DNA of 64,000 bases from Longimicrobiales bacterium. Lineage in GTDB: Bacteria > Gemmatimonadota > Gemmatimonadetes > Longimicrobiales > Gaopeijiaceae. The position numbers and the translations under genes are program-made. This document shows, in pieces, positions 19,095 through 28,938 of the stretch; positions within the stretch are counted from its first letter, which is position 1; the number at the start of each line of letters is the position of its first letter. Where the stretch lies: NCBI GenBank assembly GCA_965218295.1, contig CBDCKN010000017.1, forward strand, positions 76,956 through 140,955, in the 5' to 3' direction. The notes beneath the pieces were generated by a model, which worked only from the letters and a program-made list of their open reading frames with translations, searched no databases and was not told where the DNA came from.

Positions 19095-19368
19095 AAGCTC
19101 CCCGCTTCAACCCCCCATCCGACTTTTCCGAGCCGCGGCCCGTCGGGTCGTCGTCACCTCCTGATCGTCCTCTCCTAGTGCGCTTGCGGCGGAGGCCCCC
19201 ACCCCCGAGATTGCCCTAGAATTTCCAGGGAAAATTCGGGCTGGGTAGCCCAGCCGTACGACGGGTGAACAGCGAATGTTCCCCGTCGCTTTTTTGGGAT
19301 GCCGAGCAGCCCCCCAGCGGCAAGAGCTGACTTCCAAAGACAACTATCCGCCTCGAGAGCCTACTTCA

Positions 19369-20997
19369 ATGAACGGCACGTACAGAGTTCCCCACCCCAA
19401 GAACGAGCCTTTCCGAAGCTACGCGCCCGGGACACCCGAGCGCGATTCCATCAAGGCCAGATTGGCCACCATGGCTGCCGACCAGATCGAGATTCCGCTG
19501 ATCATCGGGGGCCAAGAGATCCGTACCGGAAGGACTACGGACGCGGTCATGCCTCACCGGCATTCCCACGTCCTTGCCACCTGCCACCGCAGTGGGACAG
19601 ACGAGATCAAACAGGCGATCCAAGCCTCCACCGACGCCCACCGGGAGTGGTCCGCCATGCGTTGGGAGGACCGCGCTTCGATCTTCCTGACGGCATCCGA
19701 GCTCCTGGCCACCACGTGGCGGGACACGCTGAACGCAGCCACTATGCTAGACCAGAGCAAGACCGTATATCAGGCCGAGATCGACGCGGCTGTTGAGTTC
19801 ATCGACTTCCTCCGCTTCAACGTCCACTTCGCCCAGACCATCTACGAGGGTCAGCCCTTCTCTAGCGAGGGGATATGGAACCGCACCGAGTACCGCCCGC
19901 TCGAGGGCTTCGTGTACGCGGTCAGCCCGTTCAACTTCACGGCCATAGGCGGCAACCTGTCGTCCTCCCCTGCCATCATGGGCAACACGATTCTGTGGAA
20001 GCCCTCGAGCGCCGCGCTCCTGGGGAGCTACTACGTCATGCGGCTCTTCGAGGCGGCGGGGCTCCCCCCGGGAGTCATCAACTTCATGCCCGGACCCCCG
20101 GCCGACACGACCGAGCTCGTGCTGGGCAGTCCCGACTTTGCCGGGGTTCACTTCACTGGCTCCACGGGTGTGTTCCAAAGCCTCTGGAAGACCGTGGGCG
20201 AGCGCATCGGCAACTACCGGTCCTACCCACGCCTCGTCGGGGAGACCGGAGGGAAGGACTACATCGTGGCCCATCCCAGCGCCGACGTGGACGCCCTGCG
20301 GACCGCCATAGTGCGAGGCTCCTTCGAGTACCAGGGCCAGAAGTGCAGCGCGGCGTCCCGCGCTTACGTCCCCGAGAGCCTCTGGCGGCAACTGAAGGAT
20401 CCCCTCGTCGATGAGACCAACGCCATCACCATGGGGGAGCCCACTGACTTCCGGAACTTCATGGGGGCGGTGATCCACGCGTCGGCCTTCGAGAAGATCA
20501 CCGGCTACATCGACCGCGCGGCGGCCAGCTCCGACGCCGACATCGTCGCCGGTGGGGAATACGACGACTCCGAGGGCTATTTCATCCGGCCCACCATCAT
20601 CCAGTCCCACAAGCCGGACTACGAGTCCATGCGCGACGAGATCTTCGGACCGGTGGTCACGGTGTACGTGTACCCCGACGCTGAGTGGAGCGCCATGCTT
20701 TCGCTGGTGGAATCCACCTCCCCCTATGCCCTCACGGGGGCGGTCTTCAGCCGGGATCGGGTCGCCCTGAGAGAGACCCGCGACGCCCTTCGGTTCACGG
20801 CGGGCAACTTCTACATCAACGACAAGCCCACGGGGGCAGTGGTGGGCCAGCAGCCCTTCGGCGGAGGCCGGGCCAGCGGGACGAACGACAAGGCCGGCTC
20901 GGCGCTGAACTTGCTGCGCTGGGTCTCGGCGCAGAGCATTAAAGAGACGTTCGTGCCCCCGACGGATTATCGCTATCCGTTCATGGACGCGGAGTAG
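19369..20997 (+). CDS. pruA: L-glutamate gamma-semialdehyde (P5C) dehydrogenase
   Basis: SPFNFTAIGGN, FTGST, GETGGK, YQGQKCSA, EIFGP, NDKPTGAVVGQQPFGG. Confidence 0.96.
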   Translation: MNGTYRVPHPKNEPFRSYAPGTPERDSIKARLATMAADQIEIPLIIGGQEIRTGRTTDAVMPHRHSHVLATCHRSGTDEIKQAIQASTDAHREWSAMRWEDRASIFLTASELLATTWRDTLNAATMLDQSKTVYQAEIDAAVEFIDFLRFNVHFAQTIYEGQPFSSEGIWNRTEYRPLEGFVYAVSPFNFTAIGGNLSSSPAIMGNTILWKPSSAALLGSYYVMRLFEAAGLPPGVINFMPGPPADTTELVLGSPDFAGVHFTGSTGVFQSLWKTVGERIGNYRSYPRLVGETGGKDYIVAHPSADVDALRTAIVRGSFEYQGQKCSAASRAYVPESLWRQLKDPLVDETNAITMGEPTDFRNFMGAVIHASAFEKITGYIDRAAASSDADIVAGGEYDDSEGYFIRPTIIQSHKPDYESMRDEIFGPVVTVYVYPDAEWSAMLSLVESTSPYALTGAVFSRDRVALRETRDALRFTAGNFYINDKPTGAVVGQQPFGGGRASGTNDKAGSALNLLRWVSAQSIKETFVPPTDYRYPFMDAE

Positions 20998-21023
20998 GAA
21001 CGGCGCAAACGGTCAACAAGAGG

Positions 21024-21053
21024 AAACCCCATGGGGAGAGTCCTCAGGGGGTT
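21024..21053. terminator. Hairpin between convergent genes
   Basis: AACCCC-A-TGGGGA-GAG-TCCTCA-G-GGGGTT stem-loop; no U tract. Confidence 0.4.
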
Positions 21054-21066
21054 CGGATTCCGCGCT

Positions 21067-21657
21067 TCAGCCGCTCAGCCGGCCGAGAAGCGTGCTGAGG
21101 GCGTGATACCCTCCCCCCCCTGGAGCCTCGAAAACCACTCGCCTCAGGACCAGGTCGTCGAGGGCCTCACGGTGGTTCGCTCCGGGAAACACCTCCTCCA
21201 CCTCAGCGGCTTCGATGCGGCGGCGGGTCTCCAGGACGCACCAGGCGTGGTCTTCGTCCTGGGTCGGGCTCCCGAGGAGCTCGAACTGGCCGCCACTCAC
21301 CTCCGCGACGGCCAGCAGGGACTGCCGCTGGAGAACGGCTTCGATGGGCTCTCGGTGGATCTGGCTGACGCCCCTGAACACGAACAGGGCGTCCCCCGGT
21401 CTGTCCTCTTCGAGAAAGTGGAGGATGAGCTTGGCAACGACCTCGTCGGCACACGAGAAGTCGATGACCGTGACCTCGGAAAGATCGATGAGGGACAGGG
21501 AGGTCCGGCCGCTCTCTGCCAGCTGAGCCTCGATGGCCATCCGCACGGCCCGGCCGGTGGGCCTTGTGACGAGGTGCGAGTAGAGCGAGGCGATGGAGCG
21601 CTGCAGGAGCAAGCCCACGTCGATGGCGATGGGATCGACCCCCAACTCATGCCTCAT
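21067..21657 (-). CDS. Hypothetical protein with a STAS-like domain
   Basis: LVTRPTGRAVR...IDLSEVTVIDFSCADEVVAKL resembles the STAS-like core (DxSxxxxxDxS). Confidence 0.6.
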   Translation of the reverse strand: MRHELGVDPIAIDVGLLLQRSIASLYSHLVTRPTGRAVRMAIEAQLAESGRTSLSLIDLSEVTVIDFSCADEVVAKLILHFLEEDRPGDALFVFRGVSQIHREPIEAVLQRQSLLAVAEVSGGQFELLGSPTQDEDHAWCVLETRRRIEAAEVEEVFPGANHREALDDLVLRRVVFEAPGGGGYHALSTLLGRLSG

Positions 21658-22540
21658 CGGCGACCCGCTCCGGGAGGATGATGTTGATCTGCGTCCCTGG
21701 GAAGTCGGGCAGCCCCTCTTCCATGGGTGGTGAGTCGAACCAATCGGGAACGTCCGCGATACGCGCCGTGCCGCTCCGGATGGAGATGAGGCCGTCCCAG
21801 CGCCGGACCTGCTTCCGGATCTGCTGAATCCCCTGTCCCCTGCCCGAGTCGGGAAAACGTGTGAGGCCATGTATGAACGCGGCTTCCAGAGCCGTGGCGT
21901 CGCCCCAACGATCGGCGAAGCGAGCCGAATGCTCGTCGGCGAGAGAGCCTCGGAAGCCCCTCCCCAGATCGGATACGGAGATGATGACTACCTGGCGACC
22001 CAACCTCCTGGACCAGTTGTACGACTGGGCCGCCACCCACCCGGCAGCCTCAGCGTGTTCGATGATGTTCTGGCATACCTCGCTCAGGATGACACTGAAC
22101 TGGACCACGCTCGTCGGTGGATAGCTCAGAGTCTTGGACAGGATGGCGCCAGCGCGCTTCTGGACCCGATCCACCACCTCGTGGACGTCGCTGTTGGTAG
22201 TGATGGGTGTGATCTCGAGCAGAACGTCGGACTCTCCCATCGATCCCTTGTGGGGAGTCGGGCCGGTGGCGAACACCCCCTCCGCCGCCTGGAAGAACCC
22301 CATGCGACCCATGTAGCTCTTCACGTCTCCGACGTCGGCCAGCTCCAGGTGGGGAGTCTCTCCGCTCCGATCGCGTGCAACGGAGCCGGCGGCCAACAGG
22401 TTCACCATCCCGTTGGGGCCGACCCACCGAAGGTGCCGTCCGTCGAAGAGGACCTTCTCGTGCCCCGCCTCAGTGACTTCGGCGAGGAGGGCGTCGTAGC
22501 TGTGAAAGTCGAGGGAGCCTGGGAGGTCGATGACCTTCAT
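21647..22540 (-). CDS. STAS-like + HATPase_c ATP-binding protein (anti-sigma kinase-like)
   Basis: N-box SEVCQNIIEH, G1 DLGRG, G2 GRGQG; no obvious HisKA domain. Confidence 0.7.
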   Translation of the reverse strand: MKVIDLPGSLDFHSYDALLAEVTEAGHEKVLFDGRHLRWVGPNGMVNLLAAGSVARDRSGETPHLELADVGDVKSYMGRMGFFQAAEGVFATGPTPHKGSMGESDVLLEITPITTNSDVHEVVDRVQKRAGAILSKTLSYPPTSVVQFSVILSEVCQNIIEHAEAAGWVAAQSYNWSRRLGRQVVIISVSDLGRGFRGSLADEHSARFADRWGDATALEAAFIHGLTRFPDSGRGQGIQQIRKQVRRWDGLISIRSGTARIADVPDWFDSPPMEEGLPDFPGTQINIILPERVADEA

Positions 22541-23544
22541 GCGTCCCCCTGTACGGATAGTCGGCCTCTCAGATGCCGGTGCAAGCCGCTGGCGCCTCGG
22601 TGTTCCACGTTCCTGGATGCCATGCGGTTCGCGTGGGTCATGGCCGTATGACGTTCATCTCCTCCCAGCAGTCGGGCAAAGAAAGTAGCTCCCCAAACGT
22701 CTCCGCAGCCAGTGGGGTCACCTCGCAGCTCCCCCGTCTCCGAGAGGGCGCGACCACTGCGCGCGGGGCCGGGCGCGGCGACCCGATGACGCGTCTCGGG
22801 CCAGCGCGCCGGGTCACTGTCGAACCCAGCTCCCGCCACGTAGCCTGCCCCTGTCGGGCCTAGTGTGACGGCGATGAGCTTGAGCTCGGGGCCGACGATC
22901 TGGGAGGCCACCTCCCAGGGATCGCCCATGGCCCGTCCCAACAGCTCGAACTCCTCTTCGTTCATCTGAACGGCGTCGAAACAGCGGAGCCAGGCACCCC
23001 AGGAAGGGAGCTCCTGGGGGATCCGCATCCCGCTCCGCGCCACGCCCAGGAAGAGAGAGTGGAGGTCGGCATAGGTTGGCCCTGGGAAGGCGCTTCTCAG
23101 AGCCCGGGCCGTATCCAGCTCCATCTCGAAGCCGGAGATGAAGTTGATGTAGAGGGCGTCGCAGGTCCCCACTAGCGGACCCAACTCGGCCCACAACCAT
23201 GGGGGCACGCCACCGGTCAACCGCTCGCTGCGGCGCTCGTTCCCGGAGTAGACCAACTCGACCCGGTTGCTGGGCTCCGGCACAATGCGGATCCCCGTCT
23301 CCACATCCATACGGGGAAGGTCGCGAAGGAACCTCCACGCCTTTTCGGAGAGGTCGGATCCGATCTTGACGATGGGCACCAGCTCCCATGCGGCAGGAAG
23401 AGCCGCTTCCAAGGCGGACAGGGCATAGGCTATCCCTCCCCACTCCTCCACAGGCTCGCTCCGGCCGTCCCGATGCCGAATCGTGTCCCACACGAGGGTC
23501 CCCACCACGCCGAGGCGCTTGGGGCCCGTCTCACACGCCTGCAT
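22537..23544 (-). CDS. PfkB family carbohydrate kinase
   Basis: VVGTLVWDTI, GGIAY, MNEEE, VTLG..G, DPTGCGD. Confidence 0.85.
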   Translation of the reverse strand: MQACETGPKRLGVVGTLVWDTIRHRDGRSEPVEEWGGIAYALSALEAALPAAWELVPIVKIGSDLSEKAWRFLRDLPRMDVETGIRIVPEPSNRVELVYSGNERRSERLTGGVPPWLWAELGPLVGTCDALYINFISGFEMELDTARALRSAFPGPTYADLHSLFLGVARSGMRIPQELPSWGAWLRCFDAVQMNEEEFELLGRAMGDPWEVASQIVGPELKLIAVTLGPTGAGYVAGAGFDSDPARWPETRHRVAAPGPARSGRALSETGELRGDPTGCGDVWGATFFARLLGGDERHTAMTHANRMASRNVEHRGASGLHRHLRGRLSVQGDA

Positions 23545-24418
23545 CAGCCTCTTCGAGCTCGGCAATACCGCGTCGCGCTCGCACCTCACCGTTCGCTCGT
23601 ATGCGATCCCGGATCGCTCGGTTGCCGGCCACCACCTCCGGACTGCGATACGGCCTCGGATGCCACAGGTGGAGGCAGGGTGCCCGATGGCGGATCTGCC
23701 GTCCTGGGACTCCCAGGTTCACCAAGCGCTCTCCGAGGGCCCGGTCCAGACCACCGTAGCCCATATCCATGTCGAAGCCGTTCACGGCCACGACGGCACT
23801 CTTCCAGGTGGAGGCGTTGTGTCCGTTCCAGGTGGGGCGAGTCGGCGTGACCCGGTCAAGGAGGGACCCCAGCTTCGGCGACCGTGTCAGGCGAAGGCGG
23901 CGACGCCCTCCCCGCCACCCCCTGGCCGTCAGCCACGAGCTTTTGAACACGCTCCCTGATCTCACGTCTTCGAGGGTCATGGCCTCGGAGAGCTCCCGGG
24001 GGAGCTTCAGGTATCCCCCTGAGAGGAAGGTGGATGGACGGGCTTCGCGGACGTGCACCGCCACGAAGTCCTCCCTCGGGATGCAATCGCCATCGGAGAA
24101 GATCAGGTAATCGCCGGTTGCCGCCACCACGGCACGGTTCAGGATCTCCGTCTTCCGGAATCCCCGATCTTCATGCCACTCGCGGCGAATCGTGAGCGCG
24201 GCTTCTTCGCGGACCCGGTCGATGACGCGGTCCGTCTCCGGACCCGATCCGTCGTCGGCCACGACGATCTCGAAATCACTGAACGTCTGGTTGGCGTAGC
24301 CCCAGAGCACGAGCTCCAAAGCCTGGGGCTGCCGGTACGTGGTGAGGATGACCGAGGGACGCACGCCGCGCTCGGCCTGCGAGGGCCCCGGCGCGGAGGC
24401 CTCTGCGTCGGCGCTCAT
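23531..24418 (-). CDS. Glycosyltransferase family 2
   Basis: VVADDGS, FRK..ILN, FSDGDC, NGFD...YGGLD, HLWH. Confidence 0.9.
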   Translation of the reverse strand: MSADAEASAPGPSQAERGVRPSVILTTYRQPQALELVLWGYANQTFSDFEIVVADDGSGPETDRVIDRVREEAALTIRREWHEDRGFRKTEILNRAVVAATGDYLIFSDGDCIPREDFVAVHVREARPSTFLSGGYLKLPRELSEAMTLEDVRSGSVFKSSWLTARGWRGGRRRLRLTRSPKLGSLLDRVTPTRPTWNGHNASTWKSAVVAVNGFDMDMGYGGLDRALGERLVNLGVPGRQIRHRAPCLHLWHPRPYRSPEVVAGNRAIRDRIRANGEVRARRGIAELEEADAGV

Positions 24419-26217
24419 GAATCACCCAGTTGGAGGACCGCCAGGAAGGCCTCCTGCGGAATCTCGACGGCCCCGACCTGCTTCATCCGCTTCTTTCCGG
24501 CCTTCTGCTTCTCCAGGAGCTTCCGCTTCCGCGTGATGTCACCGCCATAACACTTCGCGGTCACGTTCTTGCGAAGGGCTTTCACATTTGTGCGCGCCAC
24601 GATCTGGGTCCCGATTGCGGCCTGCAGGGCCACCTCGAACTGCTGACGTGGGATCAGCTTCTTGAGCCGTCGCACCAGATCACGGCCGTACTCGAAGGCC
24701 TTCTCCTGATGAATGATCACCGAGAACGCGTCCACGGGGTCGCCGTTCACCATAATGTCGAGCTTGACCAGATCGTCGGCCCGGAACTCCAGGAACTCGT
24801 AGTCGAGAGCCGCATAGCCGCGAGTCCCACCCTTGAGCCTGTCGTAGAAATCCAGAACGATTTCGGCCAGAGGCAGCTCGAAGTCCATCTCCACCCGCTG
24901 GGTGTCGAGGTATTGCATCTCCTTGAAGATCCCCCGGCGGTCGTGGCAGAGCTTCTGTACGTTGCCGATGTACTCGGCGGGGCAGACGATGCGAGCCCTC
25001 ACGATGGGCTCCGAGATGCTGTCGATGCGGCCGTGCTCTGGAAGCGCCGTAGGATTCTCCAGGATCACCTCGGTGCCATCGGAGAGGTTCACGTGGTACT
25101 CCACGTTGGGCACGGTGGTGATTAGGTCTACGTCGAACTCACGATCCAGACGCTCCTGGACGATCTCCATGTGGAGGAGCCCGAGAAACCCGCAGCGGAA
25201 GCCGAAGCCCAGTGCGGCAGACGTTTCGGCGACGTAGTGCAGGCTGGCGTCGTTGAGCTGGAGGCGAGCCAAGGCGTCACGGAGGTTCTCGTAGTCGTCT
25301 GCATCGGTGGGGTAGAGGCCGGCGAAGACCATGGAGTGTACGTCCTTGTAGCCCTCAAGGAGTTCCTCGGCCGTATTGTCTGCGTCCAGGATCGTGTCTC
25401 CGACACGGGTGTGCGCTACAACCTTGATGGCCGCGATGACGTACCCCACCTCGCCCGGCGTCAGCTCGGGTTGTGGCACTCGCCCCAGGCGCATGAAGCC
25501 CACCTCAGTGACTTCGTAGCGCTGGTCGACGGCTCCGAAGGTGATGGACATCCCGGGCTTCACTACGCCGTCAACGATCCTCACGTTGGGGACGGCTCCC
25601 TGATACTGGTCGTACCAGGAGTCGAAGATCAGAGCCCGAAGAGGCGCTTTGGCATCCCCCACGGGAGGCGGCACCTGATGGACTACCGCCTCCAGCACCG
25701 GCGTGATGCCGATCCCCTCCTTAGCGCTGGCCAGGAGGATGGTCTCGGGCTCGACGCCCATGAGGTCGGCGAGCTCCGCCTGCCGTCGCTCCGGCTCGGC
25801 CCCTGGCAGGTCGATCTTGTTGATGACCGGGATGACCTCGAGATCGGCGTCCAGGGCCAGGAACAGGTTGGAGAGCGTCTGAGCCTGGACGCCCTGCGTG
25901 GCGTCGACCACGAGGATAGCGCCTTCGCAGGCAGCGAGGGACCGCGAGACCTCGTACGTGAAATCCACATGTCCCGGCGTGTCGATGAGGTTCAGAACGT
26001 ACTCGCCACCGTCCTCCGCACCGTAAACCATCCGGACCGCGTGGAGCTTTATGGTGATGCCTCGCTCCCGCTCCAGCTCGTTGGAGTCCAGGACCTGCTC
26101 CCGCATCTCGCGCTCATCGAGCGTGCGGGTCTCCTCGAGCAACCGATCGGCCAGGGTCGACTTGCCGTGATCGATGTGTGCGATGATGCAAAAGTTGCGG
26201 ATGTGGTCGAGGTCCAC
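24415..26217 (-). CDS. lepA: Translation elongation factor 4
   Basis: [45 protein letters not shown]. Confidence 0.99.
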   Translation of the reverse strand: MDLDHIRNFCIIAHIDHGKSTLADRLLEETRTLDEREMREQVLDSNELERERGITIKLHAVRMVYGAEDGGEYVLNLIDTPGHVDFTYEVSRSLAACEGAILVVDATQGVQAQTLSNLFLALDADLEVIPVINKIDLPGAEPERRQAELADLMGVEPETILLASAKEGIGITPVLEAVVHQVPPPVGDAKAPLRALIFDSWYDQYQGAVPNVRIVDGVVKPGMSITFGAVDQRYEVTEVGFMRLGRVPQPELTPGEVGYVIAAIKVVAHTRVGDTILDADNTAEELLEGYKDVHSMVFAGLYPTDADDYENLRDALARLQLNDASLHYVAETSAALGFGFRCGFLGLLHMEIVQERLDREFDVDLITTVPNVEYHVNLSDGTEVILENPTALPEHGRIDSISEPIVRARIVCPAEYIGNVQKLCHDRRGIFKEMQYLDTQRVEMDFELPLAEIVLDFYDRLKGGTRGYAALDYEFLEFRADDLVKLDIMVNGDPVDAFSVIIHQEKAFEYGRDLVRRLKKLIPRQQFEVALQAAIGTQIVARTNVKALRKNVTAKCYGGDITRKRKLLEKQKAGKKRMKQVGAVEIPQEAFLAVLQLGDS

Positions 26218-26371
26218 TGGGGAGGCGATTCCACCTAGAGGGTCGGACTTGGGCTGAATTCATGAAGATAATCGGGCCGAATGGACCAAAGAAGACGGGC
26301 CGACGGCCTGTGCAGCCGGCCCCGTGCCAACCCACGATTCCTAGTGGTCCTCCGCTAGTCCACCCGGCTCA

Positions 26372-27778
26372 CTAGCCGCCGGGTCTGCGCGACCGTGGCG
26401 GCCGTCGCGAGCTACCGAATGAGGCTCCGCTCGAACGCCGGGGTGGCGGTCTCTTCAGCGCCGGCTGAGACCGGGTCGGGCTGCTGCCAGTAATAGCCGA
26501 ACCACCCGATCGGGGCGGTGGCCTCCGAACCGCCGGAGGCGACGACCTGCCCCGGGTCGCGGAGCCCTGAAGCCGAGGCGGGTTGGCCCGAGGAGGCGCC
26601 ACCCGGCTCGAAGAGCCGGATCGGCGGCGGTCCACCCGCGGCGCCGGAGTCACGCGCGCCCCGTTCGAGGGGCGAGAGGCGGCGGGCGGGCGCCTCTCCA
26701 GCACCGGCCGCTTCGCATCCGGAGCCGTCGCCGGTGGGGCTCGACGGGACCCAGGGCTGCCCTCCCGCCCGTCGGCTGCGCCTTGCCGGGTCGCCGGGGC
26801 CCGGACTCGAGCGTCGCGGTCACCGGACGACGGCTCCCGAGTACCGGCGGTAGTTGGACGTCGGGCGTCCGGGGCCGCCGTCACGCCGCGCGGGATCGCT
26901 CGGCCGCGCTGTCTGTCGCGGGCCGCCGAGGCGTCATCACGACCCTCGGCCGGAACGCGCCGGACAATGGGCGTTCCCGGCTCACCACGTGCCCGCTCCT
27001 TGAACCCGAAGCGCGGCCCCCCTGGGACGCTCCTGCCCACCAACACGACCCTATCTCCCCGATAGCGCCGGGAGGGGTAGAAATAGGGATCGTCGTAGAC
27101 GATGACCCTGAAGTTGGTGCAGGTGTAGTGGTACGGATCCCAGATGTTGTACGGCTTGAAGCCGTGACAGTCGTAGCACAGGAATCGGGGATACGCGTGC
27201 GCGACGCCTACGCTGTAGGAGACGAAGTCGAGGCCGTACGCAGCGTACTCCCAGTCGGAAACGAGCCGTGCGACGTAGTCGTCGATGGCCACGAAGGGGT
27301 CCCGGTAGACCCGGTTCCCCACGAGCGAGAGATCCCACCCACCTTGGTAGTAGGAGTAACGGAAATCCGAAAAATCGAACCGCCTGGGAGACGTCACAAT
27401 GAAGAAGTACCCTTCGCCCGGGCGATCATCCACGTGCCAGTACGGCGAGCGGGGGAAGAGCAGCCGGTAGTCTCGGCCTGCCCGGGCGTAGTGGTTCTCG
27501 CTGGGCGAACGGGGGTAAAGCAGCCGCACGGTACCGTCCGTGTCGAACTGGAGGATGGCCACGTACGCGCTCACGCTCGACCGGTAGTGGACGCGGACCC
27601 GGTCACCCCTCTGCAGGACCGGATCGATCCCCCGGTCCAGCCAGATCCGGGCCTCGGGCACGGGCTCCTGATGCCGGAATGCCGCGAGACGCATCAGGTC
27701 CCACGGCTCGGGCCCGCCGGTGAGCACCGAGAGTAGGGTGACAGCTCCTGTGATCCACATATGCTCCTCCTTGAGCAT
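26372..27778 (-). CDS. DUF4384-like domain protein with CxxCH motif and Arg/Pro-rich tail
   Basis: GDRVRV...DTDGTVRLLYP; CYDCH; low-complexity C-terminus; start may be 27760. Confidence 0.6.
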   Translation of the reverse strand: MLKEEHMWITGAVTLLSVLTGGPEPWDLMRLAAFRHQEPVPEARIWLDRGIDPVLQRGDRVRVHYRSSVSAYVAILQFDTDGTVRLLYPRSPSENHYARAGRDYRLLFPRSPYWHVDDRPGEGYFFIVTSPRRFDFSDFRYSYYQGGWDLSLVGNRVYRDPFVAIDDYVARLVSDWEYAAYGLDFVSYSVGVAHAYPRFLCYDCHGFKPYNIWDPYHYTCTNFRVIVYDDPYFYPSRRYRGDRVVLVGRSVPGGPRFGFKERARGEPGTPIVRRVPAEGRDDASAARDRQRGRAIPRGVTAAPDARRPTTAGTREPSSGDRDARVRAPATRQGAADGREGSPGSRRAPPATAPDAKRPVLERRPPAASRPSNGARVTPAPRVDRRRSGSSSRVAPPRANPPRLQGSATRGRSSPPAVRRPPPRSGGSAITGSSPTRSQPALKRPPPRRSSGASFGSSRRPPRSRRPGG

Positions 27779-28002
27779 CCTCCACCCTCGGAGTTGGCAG
27801 GACTCGTGCCAGCGCTCGATCCGGTAACTGCGGGGAGAATCGCGCGGTTAGGGCCGCGGATCGTCCGAAAAAGTGGACGGCGACCGGGAAAGGCCTGGAC
27901 ACTTTTACCTGCTTCGTTCTGCGGCTCTAGCGACCGCCGGGAACCCCATGAGGTCTCACGACAACCCATTGCCTTTCTCGGGTGACCCGCTAGTGTGGCG
28001 CC

Positions 28003-28938
28003 ATGACTGACATCACCTCCCAGGCGTCGAGCCGGCTGCGCTCGCGACCCGACCTCATGGATCCCCACACCCTCTCACAACTGGGGGGAGTGGAGCTCAT
28101 CGCCCGTCAGGTCGTCGAGGGCTTCATCATGGGACTGCACCGCTCCCCACACCGCGGATTCTCGGCCGAGTTCGCGGAGCTGAGGGCGTATCAGCCCGGC
28201 GACGACCTGCGCCACATCGACTGGCGGATGTTTGGGCGCTCCGATCGTTACTACGTCAAGCAGTTCGAGGAGGAGACCAACCTCCGGGCCTACATCCTGG
28301 TGGACGTGAGCACCTCCATGGGTTGGAGCTCGAACCCGGACAGCCTCCCGACCAAGCTGTGGTACGCCAAGCACCTGGCCGCCTCCCTCTCGCTCATCCT
28401 GCTTCGACAGGGAGATGCTGTGGGGTTGGCCGCGTTCCACGATCAGGTCGTCGCCCGCGTGGCGCCGCGGGGAGGGCAGCGCTACTGGCACGAGATCCTT
28501 CGACGGCTGGCGCCCCTCGAGGCGCAGGGGCGCACGTCGGCCCACCCGGCCCTCCGGGATATCGCCGTCCGCCTTCGGCGAGCCGGATTGGTGGTGCTCC
28601 TCTCGGATCTGCTGGTCGACCCCGAGACCACGCGCACCGCTCTGCGCTTCTTGAGGCACCAGGGACACGAGGTGCTCGTCTTCCATCTCATCGACCCCGG
28701 CGAGCGTGAGCTGCCCGCGGCGGGTGACACGCGCTTCTACGATCCCGAGACCGCGGAGGAGCTGAACGTGAACGTGGCCGACGTACGCTCGGCCTATCGG
28801 AACGCGGTACGAGACGCTCTGGCCGAGTGGGACCGGGGACTCCGGCCACACGGCATCGACTACGTGGTCGTCGGAACCGAGACACCCCTCTCCAGAGCCC
28901 TTCGCTTCTATCTGCGAAAGCGAGAGCATCTGGGCTGA
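28003..28938 (+). CDS. DUF58 domain (vWA-like) protein
   Basis: GLHRSPHRGFSAEFAE.R.Y.PGDDLRHIDW, DVSTSM. Confidence 0.92.
   Translation: MTDITSQASSRLRSRPDLMDPHTLSQLGGVELIARQVVEGFIMGLHRSPHRGFSAEFAELRAYQPGDDLRHIDWRMFGRSDRYYVKQFEEETNLRAYILVDVSTSMGWSSNPDSLPTKLWYAKHLAASLSLILLRQGDAVGLAAFHDQVVARVAPRGGQRYWHEILRRLAPLEAQGRTSAHPALRDIAVRLRRAGLVVLLSDLLVDPETTRTALRFLRHQGHEVLVFHLIDPGERELPAAGDTRFYDPETAEELNVNVADVRSAYRNAVRDALAEWDRGLRPHGIDYVVVGTETPLSRALRFYLRKREHLG

Noticed and set aside
26230..26375. Cluster of CTAG sites between lepA and the DUF4384-like gene as a MITE
   Set aside because: No terminal inverted repeats and no clear match to the two MITE families
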